From assembly GCA_051362555.1 (NCBI GenBank), contig JBPQGU010000016.1, positions 3,100,001 through 3,164,000 of the forward strand: a stretch of 64,000 nt of DNA. The letters run 5' to 3'. This DNA is from Lingula anatina. Lineage: Eukaryota; Animalia; Brachiopoda. This document shows, in pieces, positions 52,946 through 64,000 of this stretch. The first letter of the stretch is position 1; each line of letters opens with the position of its first letter. The translations under genes and the position numbers were made by a program. The notes beneath the pieces were generated by a model that was given only the letters and a program-made list of their open reading frames with translations, ran no database searches and had not been told where the DNA came from.

Positions 52946-55900
52946 TTTATGAATGACAGGTGTGGTAGATTGATTTTCATCACATTTCGGAAAAATTGGT
53001 GACGGGTCGTTTTTGGGTGATTTTGAGTGATTTTCATCAGGTCCGCGTACAGCAGATTTCTTCAATTTTGGCCAAAAAGGGAAGAAATTTTTTTTTCTTC
53101 ATTTTAGTGACCGGTAGGTGTGTTGGGTCATTTGTAGTAAGTATAAAGTACTGGAAGAGTGGTTGTGTCAATATTAAGGAAGAAAAAGAGCAAAAACTCT
53201 GGCCACCCCCCCCCCCCCTCCAGATCCTGTTTTCAGCTGTGTTTTTGGCTATCTTTAAAGCTGGAATTGGGGGCTTTAATGAAGTGATCCGGGCGTGTTT
53301 CCACATTTTTTATGAATGACAGGTGTGGTAGATTGATTTTCATCACATTTCGGAAAAATTGGTGACGGGTCGTTTTTGGGTGATTTTGAGTGATTTTCAT
53401 CAGGTCCGCGTACAGCAGATTTCTTCAATTTTGGCCAAAAAGGGAAGAAATTTTTTTTTCTTCATTTTAGTGACCGGTAGGTGTGTTGGGTCATTTGTAG
53501 TAAGTATAAAGTACTGGAAGAGTGGTTGTGTCAATATTAAGGAAGAAAAAGAGCAAAAACTCTGGCCACCCCCCCCCCCCTCCAGATCCTGTTTTCAGCT
53601 GTGTTTTTGGCTATCTTTAAAGCTGGAATTGGGGGCTTTAATGAAGTGATCCGGGCGTGTTTCCACATTTTTTATGAATGACAGGTGTGGTAGATTGATT
53701 TTCATCACATTTCGGAAAAATTGGTGACGGGTCGTTTTTGGGTGATTTTGAGTGATTTTCATCAGGTCCACGTACAGCAGATTTCTTCAATTTTGGCCAA
53801 AAAGGGAAGAAATTTTTTTTTCTTCATTTTAGTGACCGGTAGGTGTGTTGGGTCATTTGTAGTAAGTATAAAGTACTGGAAGAGTGGTTGTGTCAATATT
53901 AAGGAAGAAAAAGAGCAAAAACTCTGGCCACCCCCCCCCCCCTCCAGATCCTGTTTTCAGCTGTGTTTTTGGCTATCTTTAAAGCTGGAATTGGGGGCTT
54001 TAATGAAGTGATCCGGGCGTGTTTCCACATTTTTTATGAATGACAGGTGTGGTAGATTGATTTTCATCACATTTCGGAAAAATTGGTGACGGGTCGTTTT
54101 TGGGTGATTTTGAGTGATTTTCATCAGGTCCGCGTACAGCAGATTTCTTCAATTTTGGCCAAAAAGGGAAGAAATTTTTTTTTCTTCATTTTAGTGACCG
54201 GTAGGTGTGTTGGGTCATTTGTAGTAAGTATAAAGTACTGGAAGAGTGGTTGTGTCAATATTAAGGAAGAAAAAGAGCAAAAACTCTGGCCACCCCCCCC
54301 CCCCCTCCAGATCCTGTTTTCAGCTGTGTTTTTGGCTATCTTTAAAGCTGGAATTGGGGGCTTTAATGAAGTGATCCGGGCGTGTTTCCACATTTTTTAT
54401 GAATGACAGGTGTGGTAGATTGATTTTCATCACATTTCGGAAAAATTGGTGACGGGTCGTTTTTGGGTGATTTTGAGTGATTTTCATCAGGTCCGCGTAC
54501 AGCAGATTTCTTCAATTTTGGCCAAAAAGGGAAGAAATTTTTTTTTCTTCATTTTAGTGACCGGTAGGTGTGTTGGGTCATTTGTAGTAAGTATAAAGTA
54601 CTGGAAGAGTGGTTGTGTCAATATTAAGGAAGAAAAAGAGCAAAAACTCTGGCCACCCCCCCCCCCTCCAGATCCTGTTTTCAGCTGTGTTTTTGGCTAT
54701 CTTTAAAGCTGGAATTGGGGGCTTTAATGAAGTGATCCGGGCGTGTTTCCACATTTTTTATGAATGACAGGTGTGGTAGATTGATTTTCATCACATTTCG
54801 GAAAAATTGGTGACGGGTCGTTTTTGGGTGATTTTGAGTGATTTTCATCAGGTCCGCGTACAGCAGATTTCTTCAATTTTGGCCAAAAAGGGAAGAAATT
54901 TTTTTTTCTTCATTTTAGTGACCGGTAGGTGTGTTGGGTCATTTGTAGTAAGTATAAAGTACTGGAAGAGTGGTTGTGTCAATATTAAGGAAGAAAAAGA
55001 GCAAAAACTCTGGCCACCCCCCCCCCCCTCCAGATCCTGTTTTCAGCTGTGTTTTTGGCTATCTTTAAAGCTGGAATTGGGGGCTTTAATGAAGTGATCC
55101 GGGCGTGTTTCCACATTTTTTATGAATGACAGGTGTGGTAGATTGATTTTCATCACATTTCGGAAAAATTGGTGACGGGTCGTTTTTGGGTGATTTTGAG
55201 TGATTTTCATCAGGTCCGCGTACAGCAGATTTCTTCAATTTTGGCCAAAAAGGGAAGAAATTTTTTTTTCTTCATTTTAGTGACCGGTAGGTGTGTTGGG
55301 TCATTTGTAGTAAGTATAAAGTACTGGAAGAGTGGTTGTGTCAATATTAAGGAAGAAAAAGAGCAAAAACTCTGGCCCCCCCCCCCCCCCTCCAGATCCT
55401 GTTTTCAGCTGTGTTTTTGGCTATCTTTAAAGCTGGAATTGGGGGCTTTAATGAAGTGATCCGGGCGTGTTTCCACATTTTTTATGAATGACAGGTGTGG
55501 TAGATTGATTTTCATCACATTTCGGAAAAATTGGTGACGGGTCGTTTTTGGGTGATTTTGAGTGATTTTCATCAGGTCCGCGTACAGCAGATTTCTTCAA
55601 TTTTGGCCAAAAAGGGAAGAAATTTTTTTTTCTTCATTTTAGTGACCGGTAGGTGTGTTGGGTCATTTGTAGTAAGTATAAAGTACTGGAAGAGTGGTTG
55701 TGTCAATATTAAGGAAGAAAAAGAGCAAAAACTCTGGCCACCCCCCCCCCCTCCAGATCCTGTTTTCAGCTGTGTTTTTGGCTATCTTTAAAGCTGGAAT
55801 TGGGGGCTTTAATGAAGTGATCCGGGCGTGTTTCCACATTTTTTATGAATGACAGGTGTGGTAGATTGATTTTCATCACATTTCGGAAAAATTGGTGACG

Positions 55901-58900
55901 GGTCGTTTTTGGGTGATTTTGAGTGATTTTCATCAGGTCCGCGTACAGCAGATTTCTTCAATTTTGGCCAAAAAGGGAAGAAATTTTTTTTTCTTCATTT
56001 TAGTGACCGGTAGGTGTGTTGGGTCATTTGTAGTAAGTATAAAGTACTGGAAGAGTGGTTGTGTCAATATTAAGGAAGAAAAAGAGCAAAAACTCTGGCC
56101 ACCCCCCCCCCCCTCCAGATCCTGTTTTCAGCTGTGTTTTTGGCTATCTTTAAAGCTGGAATTGGGGGCTTTAATGAAGTGATCCGGGCGTGTTTCCACA
56201 TTTTTTATGAATGACAGGTGTGGTAGATTGATTTTCATCACATTTCGGAAAAATTGGTGACGGGTCGTTTTTGGGTGATTTTGAGTGATTTTCATCAGGT
56301 CCGCGTACAGCAGATTTCTTCAATTTTGGCCAAAAAGGGAAGAAATTTTTTTTTCTTCATTTTAGTGACCGGTAGGTGTGTTGGGTCATTTGTAGTAAGT
56401 ATAAAGTACTGGAAGAGTGGTTGTGTCAATATTAAGGAAGAAAAAGAGCAAAAACTCTGGCCACCCCCCCCCCCCTCCAGATCCTGTTTTCAGCTGTGTT
56501 TTTGGCTATCTTTAAAGCTGGAATTGGGGGCTTTAATGAAGTGATCCGGGCGTGTTTCCACATTTTTTATGAATGACAGGTGTGGTAGATTGATTTTCAT
56601 CACATTTCGGAAAAATTGGTGACGGGTCGTTTTTGGGTGATTTTGAGTGATTTTCATCAGGTCCGCGTACAGCAGATTTCTTCAATTTTGGCCAAAAAGG
56701 GAAGAAATTTTTTTTTCTTCATTTTAGTGACCGGTAGGTGTGTTGGGTCATTTGTAGTAAGTATAAAGTACTGGAAGAGTGGTTGTGTCAATATTAAGGA
56801 AGAAAAAGAGCAAAAACTCTGGCCACCCCCCCCCCCCCTCCAGATCCTGTTTTCAGCTGTGTTTTTGGCTATCTTTAAAGCTGGAATTGGGGGCTTTAAT
56901 GAAGTGATCCGGGCGTGTTTCCACATTTTTTATGAATGACAGGTGTGGTAGATTGATTTTCATCACATTTCGGAAAAATTGGTGACGGGTCGTTTTTGGG
57001 TGATTTTGAGTGATTTTCATCAGGTCCGCGTACAGCAGATTTCTTCAATTTTGGCCAAAAAGGGAAGAAATTTTTTTTTCTTCATTTTAGTGACTGGTAG
57101 GTGTGTTGGGTCATTTGTAGTAAGTATAAAGTACTGGAAGAGTGGTTGTGTCAATATTAAGGAAGAAAAAGAGCAAAAACTCTGGCCACCCCCCCCCCCC
57201 CTCCAGATCCTGTTTTCAGCTGTGTTTTTGGCTATCTTTAAAGCTGGAATTGGGGGCTTTAATGAAGTGATCCGGGCGTGTTTCCACATTTTTTATGAAT
57301 GACAGGTGTGGTAGATTGATTTTCATCACATTTCGGAAAAATTGGTGACGGGTCGTTTTTGGGTGATTTTGAGTGATTTTCATCAGGTCCGCGTACAGCA
57401 GATTTCTTCAATTTTGGCCAAAAAGGGAAGAAATTTTTTTTTCTTCATTTTAGTGACCGGTAGGTGTGTTGGGTCATTTGTAGTAAGTATAAAGTACTGG
57501 AAGAGTGGTTGTGTCAATATTAAGGAAGAAAAAGAGCAAAAACTCTGGCCACCCCCCCCCCCCTCCAGATCCTGTTTTCAGCTGTGTTTTTGGCTATCTT
57601 TAAAGCTGGAATTGGGGGCTTTAATGAAGTGATCCGGGCGTGTTTCCACATTTTTTATGAATGACAGGTGTGGTAGATTGATTTTCATCACATTTCGGAA
57701 AAATTGGTGACGGGTCGTTTTTGGGTGATTTTGAGTGATTTTCATCAGGTCCGCGTACAGCAGATTTCTTCAATTTTGGCCAAAAAGGGAAGAAATTTTT
57801 TTTTCTTCATTTTAGTGACCGGTAGGTGTGTTGGGTCATTTGTAGTAAGTATAAAGTACTGGAAGAGTGGTTGTGTCAATATTAAGGAAGAAAAAGAGCA
57901 AAAACTCTGGCCACCCCCCCCCCCCTCCAGATCCTGTTTTCAGCTGTGTTTTTGGCTATCTTTAAAGCTGGAATTGGGGGCTTTAATGAAGTGATCCGGG
58001 CGTGTTTCCACATTTTTTATGAATGACAGGTGTGGTAGATTGATTTTCATCACATTTCGGAAAAATTGGTGACGGGTCGTTTTTGGGTGATTTTGAGTGA
58101 TTTTCATCAGGTCCGCGTACAGCAGATTTCTTCAATTTTGGCCAAAAAGGGAAGAAATTTTTTTTTCTTCATTTTAGTGACCGGTAGGTGTGTTGGGTCA
58201 TTTGTAGTAAGTATAAAGTACTGGAAGAGTGGTTGTGTCAATATTAAGGAAGAAAAAGAGCAAAAACTCTGGCCACCCCCCCCCCCCCTCCAGATCCTGT
58301 TTTCAGCTGTGTTTTTGGCTATCTTTAAAGCTGGAATTGGGGGCTTTAATGAAGTGATCCGGGCGTGTTTCCACATTTTTTATGAATGACAGGTGTGGTA
58401 GATTGATTTTCATCACATTTCGGAAAAATTGGTGACGGGTCGTTTTTGGGTGATTTTGAGTGATTTTCATCAGGTCCGCGTACAGCAGATTTCTTCAATT
58501 TTGGCCAAAAAGGGAAGAAATTTTTTTTTCTTCATTTTAGTGACCGGTAGGTGTGTTGGGTCATTTGTAGTAAGTATAAAGTACTGGAAGAGTGGTTGTG
58601 TCAATATTAAGGAAGAAAAAGAGCAAAAACTCTGGCCACCCCCCCCCCCCTCCAGATCCTGTTTTCAGCTGTGTTTTTGGCTATCTTTAAAGCTGGAATT
58701 GGGGGCTTTAATGAAGTGATCCGGGCGTGTTTCCACATTTTTTATGAATGACAGGTGTGGTAGATTGATTTTCATCACATTTCGGAAAAATTGGTGACGG
58801 GTCGTTTTTGGGTGATTTTGAGTGATTTTCATCAGGTCCGCGTACAGCAGATTTCTTCAATTTTGGCCAAAAAGGGAAGAAATTTTTTTTTCTTCATTTT

Positions 58901-61900
58901 AGTGACCGGTAGGTGTGTTGGGTCATTTGTAGTAAGTATAAAGTACTGGAAGAGTGGTTGTGTCAATATTAAGGAAGAAAAAGAGCAAAAACTCTGGCCA
59001 CCCCCCCCCCCCTCCAGATCCTGTTTTCAGCTGTGTTTTTGGCTATCTTTAAAGCTGGAATTGGGGGCTTTAATGAAGTGATCCGGGCGTGTTTCCACAT
59101 TTTTTATGAATGACAGGTGTGGTAGATTGATTTTCATCACATTTCGGAAAAATTGGTGACGGGTCGTTTTTGGGTGATTTTGAGTGATTTTCATCAGGTC
59201 CGCGTACAGCAGATTTCTTCAATTTTGGCCAAAAAGGGAAGAAATTTTTTTTTCTTCATTTTAGTGACCGGTAGGTGTGTTGGGTCATTTGTAGTAAGTA
59301 TAAAGTACTGGAAGAGTGGTTGTGTCAATATTAAGGAAGAAAAAGAGCAAAAACTCTGGCCCCCCCCCCCCCCCTCCAGATCCTGTTTTCAGCTGTGTTT
59401 TTGGCTATCTTTAAAGCTGGAATTGGGGGCTTTAATGAAGTGATCCGGGCGTGTTTCCACATTTTTTATGAATGACAGGTGTGGTAGATTGATTTTCATC
59501 ACATTTCGGAAAAATTGGTGACGGGTCGTTTTTGGGTGATTTTGAGTGATTTTCATCAGGTCCGCGTACAGCAGATTTCTTCAATTTTGGCCAAAAAGGG
59601 AAGAAATTTTTTTTTCTTCATTTTAGTGACCGGTAGGTGTGTTGGGTCATTTGTAGTAAGTATAAAGTACTGGAAGAGTGGTTGTGTCAATATTAAGGAA
59701 GAAAAAGAGCAAAAACTCTGGCCACCCCCCCCCCCCTCCAGATCCTGTTTTCAGCTGTGTTTTTGGCTATCTTTAAAGCTGGAATTGGGGGCTTTAATGA
59801 AGTGATCCGGGCGTGTTTCCACATTTTTTATGAATGACAGGTGTGGTAGATTGATTTTCATCACATTTCGGAAAAATTGGTGACGGGTCGTTTTTGGGTG
59901 ATTTTGAGTGATTTTCATCAGGTCCGCGTACAGCAGATTTCTTCAATTTTGGCCAAAAAGGGAAGAAATTTTTTTTTCTTCATTTTAGTGACCGGTTAGG
60001 TGTGTTGGGTCATTTGTAGTAAGTATAAAGTACTGGAAGAGTGGTTGTGTCAATATTAAGGAAGAAAAAGAGCAAAAACTCTGGCCACCCCCCCCCCCCT
60101 CCAGATCCTGTTTTCAGCTGTGTTTTTGGCTATCTTTAAAGCTGGAATTGGGGGCTTTAATGAAGTGATCCGGGCGTGTTTCCACATTTTTTATGAATGA
60201 CAGGTGTGGTAGATTGATTTTCATCACATTTCGGAAAAATTGGTGACGGGTCGTTTTTGGGTGATTTTGAGTGATTTTCATCAGGTCCGCGTACAGCAGA
60301 TTTCTTCAATTTTGGCCAAAAAGGGAAGAAATTTTTTTTTCTTCATTTTAGTGACTGGTAGGTGTGTTGGGTCATTTGTAGTAAGTATAAAGTACTGGAA
60401 GAGTGGTTGTGTCAATATTAAGGAAGAAAAAGAGCAAAAACTCTGGCCACCCCCCCCCCCTCCAGATCCTGTTTTCAGCTGTGTTTTTGGCTATCTTTAA
60501 AGCTGGAATTGGGGGCTTTAATGAAGTGATCCGGGCGTGTTTCCACATTTTTTATGAATGACAGGTGTGGTAGATTGATTTTCATCACATTTCGGAAAAA
60601 TTGGTGACGGGTCGTTTTTGGGTGATTTTGAGTGATTTTCATCAGGTCCGCGTACAGCAGATTTCTTCAATTTTGGCCAAAAAGGGAAGAAATTTTTTTT
60701 TCTTCATTTTAGTGACCGGTAGGTGTGTTGGGTCATTTGTAGTAAGTATAAAGTACTGGAAGAGTGGTTGTGTCAATATTAAGGAAGAAAAAGAGCAAAA
60801 ACTCTGGCCACCCCCCACCCCCCCTCCAGATCCTGTTTTCAGCTGTGTTTTTGGCTATCTTTAAAGCTGGAATTGGGGGCTTTAATGAAGTGATCCGGGC
60901 GTGTTTCCACATTTTTTATGAATGACAGGTGTGGTAGATTGATTTTCATCACATTTCGGAAAAATTGGTGACGGGTCGTTTTTGGGTGATTTTGAGTGAT
61001 TTTCATCAGGTCCGCGTACAGCAGATTTCTTCAATTTTGGCCAAAAAGGGAAGAAATTTTTTTTTCTTCATTTTAGTGACCGGTAGGTGTGTTGGGTCAT
61101 TTGTAGTAAGTATAAAGTACTGGAAGAGTGGTTGTGTCAATATTAAGGAAGAAAAAGAGCAAAAACTCTGGCCCCCCCCCCCCCTCCAGATCCTGTTTTC
61201 AGCTGTGTTTTTGGCTATCTTTAAAGCTGGAATTGGGGGCTTTAATGAAGTGATCCGGGCGTGTTTCCACATTTTTTATGAATGACAGGTGTGGTAGATT
61301 GATTTTCATCACATTTCGGAAAAATTGGTGACGGGTCGTTTTTGGGTGATTTTGAGTGATTTTCATCAGGTCCGCGTACAGCAGATTTCTTCAATTTTGG
61401 CCAAAAAGGGAAGAAATTTTTTTTTCTTCATTTTAGTGACCGGTAGGTGTGTTGGGTCATTTGTAGTAAGTATAAAGTACTGGAAGAGTGGTTGTGTCAA
61501 TATTAAGGAAGAAAAAGAGCAAAAACTCTGGCCACCCCCCCCCCCCTCCAGATCCTGTTTTCAGCTGTGTTTTTGGCTATCTTTAAAGCTGGAATTGGGG
61601 GCTTTAATGAAGTGATCCGGGCGTGTTTCCACATTTTTTATGAATGACAGGTGTGGTAGATTGATTTTCATCACATTTCGGAAAAATTGGTGACGGGTCG
61701 TTTTTGGGTGATTTTGAGTGATTTTCATCAGGTCCGCGTACAGCAGATTTCTTCAATTTTGGCCAAAAAGGGAAGAAATTTTTTTTTCTTCATTTTAGTG
61801 ACCGGTAGGTGTGTTGGGTCATTTGTAGTAAGTATAAAGTACTGGAAGAGTGGTTGTGTCAATATTAAGGAAGAAAAAGAGCAAAAACTCTGGCCACCCC

Positions 61901-64000
61901 CCCCCCCCTCCAGATCCTGTTTTCAGCTGTGTTTTTGGCTATCTTTAAAGCTGGAATTGGGGGCTTTAATGAAGTGATCCGGGCGTGTTTCCACATTTTT
62001 TATGAATGACAGGTGTGGTAGATTGATTTTCATCACATTTCGGAAAAATTGGTGACGGGTCGTTTTTGGGTGATTTTGAGTGATTTTCATCAGGTCCGCG
62101 TACAGCAGATTTCTTCAATTTTGGCCAAAAAGGGAAGAAATTTTTTTTTCTTCATTTTAGTGACCGGTAGGTGTGTTGGGTCATTTGTAGTAAGTATAAA
62201 GTACTGGAAGAGTGGTTGTGTCAATATTAAGGAAGAAAAAGAGCAAAAACTCTGGCCACCCCCCCCCCCCTCCAGATCCTGTTTTCAGCTGTGTTTTTGG
62301 CTATCTTTAAAGCTGGAATTGGGGGCTTTAATGAAGTGATCCGGGCGTGTTTCCACATTTTTTATGAATGACAGGTGTGGTAGATTGATTTTCATCACAT
62401 TTCGGAAAAATTGGTGACGGGTCGTTTTTGGGTGATTTTGAGTGATTTTCATCAGGTCCGCGTACAGCAGATTTCTTCAATTTTGGCCAAAAAGGGAAGA
62501 AATTTTTTTTTCTTCATTTTAGTGACCGGTAGGTGTGTTGGGTCATTTGTAGTAAGTATAAAGTACTGGAAGAGTGGTTGTGTCAATATTAAGGAAGAAA
62601 AAGAGCAAAAACTCTGGCCACCCCACCCCCCCCTCCAGATCCTGTTTTCAGCTGTGTTTTTGGCTATCTTTAAAGCTGGAATTGGGGGCTTTAATGAAGT
62701 GATCCGGGCGTGTTTCCACATTTTTTATGAATGACAGGTGTGGTAGATTGATTTTCATCACATTTCGGAAAAATTGGTGACGGGTCGTTTTTGGGTGATT
62801 TTGAGTGATTTTCATCAGGTCCGCGTACAGCAGATTTCTTCAATTTTGGCCAAAAAGGGAAGAAATTTTTTTTTCTTCATTTTAGTGACCGGTAGGTGTG
62901 TTGGGTCATTTGTAGTAAGTATAAAGTACTGGAAGAGTGGTTGTGTCAATATTAAGGAAGAAAAAGAGCAAAAACTCTGGCCACCCCCCCCCCCTCCAGA
63001 TCCTGTTTTCAGCTGTGTTTTTGGCTATCTTTAAAGCTGGAATTGGGGGCTTTAATGAAGTGATCCGGGCGTGTTTCCACATTTTTTATGAATGACAGGT
63101 GTGGTAGATTGATTTTCATCACATTTCGGAAAAATTGGTGACGGGTCGTTTTTGGGTGATTTTGAGTGATTTTCATCAGGTCCGCGTACAGCAGATTTCT
63201 TCAATTTTGGCCAAAAAGGGAAGAAATTTTTTTTTCTTCATTTTAGTGACCGGTAGGTGTGTTGGGTCATTTGTAGTAAGTATAAAGTACTGGAAGAGTG
63301 GTTGTGTCAATATTAAGGAAGAAAAAGAGCAAAAACTCTGGCCACCCCACCCCCCCCTCCAGATCCTGTTTTCAGCTGTGTTTTTGGCTATCTTTAAAGC
63401 TGGAATTGGGGGCTTTAATGAAGTGATCCGGGCGTGTTTCCACATTTTTTATGAATGACAGGTGTGGTAGATTGATTTTCATCACATTTCGGAAAAATTG
63501 GTGACGGGTCGTTTTTGGGTGATTTTGAGTGATTTTCATCAGGTCCGCGTACAGCAGATTTCTTCAATTTTGGCCAAAAAGGGAAGAAATTTTTTTTTCT
63601 TCATTTTAGTGACCGGTAGGTGTGTTGGGTCATTTGTAGTAAGTATAAAGTACTGGAAGAGTGGTTGTGTCAATATTAAGGAAGAAAAAGAGCAAAAACT
63701 CTGGCCACCCCCCCCCCCCTCCAGATCCTGTTTTCAGCTGTGTTTTTGGCTATCTTTAAAGCTGGAATTGGGGGCTTTAATGAAGTGATCCGGGCGTGTT
63801 TCCACATTTTTTATGAATGACAGGTGTGGTAGATTGATTTTCATCACATTTCGGAAAAATTGGTGACGGGTCGTTTTTGGGTGATTTTGAGTGATTTTCA
63901 TCAGGTCCGCGTACAGCAGATTTCTTCAATTTTGGCCAAAAAGGGAAGAAATTTTTTTTTCTTCATTTTAGTGACCGGTAGGTGTGTTGGGTCATTTGTA
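52942..64000. repeat. Tandem satellite-like array, ~362-bp unit (360-364), 30 full copies plus a partial, running off the window
   Basis: Same unit recurs at 52996, 53359, 53721 ... 63498, 63860; length differences almost all in a poly-C tract; no spacers. Confidence 0.98.

Noticed and set aside
52996-63788. Repeated 86-107 aa ORFs (MVTGRFW.../MWKHAR...) as a phase-variable poly-C gene family
   Set aside because: TTG start without RBS, no recognisable domain, codon usage unlike the bacterium, and a TAG closes the frame even under code 4; by-product of the repeat
52942-64000. CRISPR array or tandem IS/MITE copies
   Set aside because: No unique spacers, unit far too long, no cas or transposase, no terminal inverted repeats with target duplications

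Overview
Positions 1 to ~52,940 are an extremely AT-rich Mollicutes chromosome segment read with genetic code 4 (TGA=Trp). The ORF track is fragmented because it stops at TGA; once TGA is read as Trp the genes I traced are intact, and a tRNA-Trp with anticodon TCA is present at 46328. 16S signatures resemble the Mycoplasma pneumoniae/Mycoplasmoidales side of the tree. Contents: prmC, tsaC, a DHH phosphoesterase, asnS, yitT, upp, a complete atpBEFHAGDC operon, secA, lgt, a Na/Ca exchanger, secG-smpB-tmRNA, cdaA-mgtE, tRNA-His, tdk, a NadR-like kinase, tsaE/tsaB, leuS, a degenerate ulaD homolog, a CPBP protease, ligA-gatCAB, ktrAB, a Cof hydrolase, deoD, a 16S-23S-5S operon, dnaB-dnaI, rpsD, an ezrA-like gene, dnaE and a 646-aa membrane-anchored surface protein. 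That last gene is followed by a decayed, unannotated tandem copy of itself. At ~52,942 the sequence switches abruptly, inside that pseudogene, to ~30.5 near-identical head-to-tail copies of a ~362-bp, roughly 40% GC unit that looks like eukaryotic satellite DNA. The junction is either a symbiont/host assembly chimera or a real symbiont-genome insertion beside host satellite. Coordinates were extended by hand through TGA codons and may be off by a few bases at starts.
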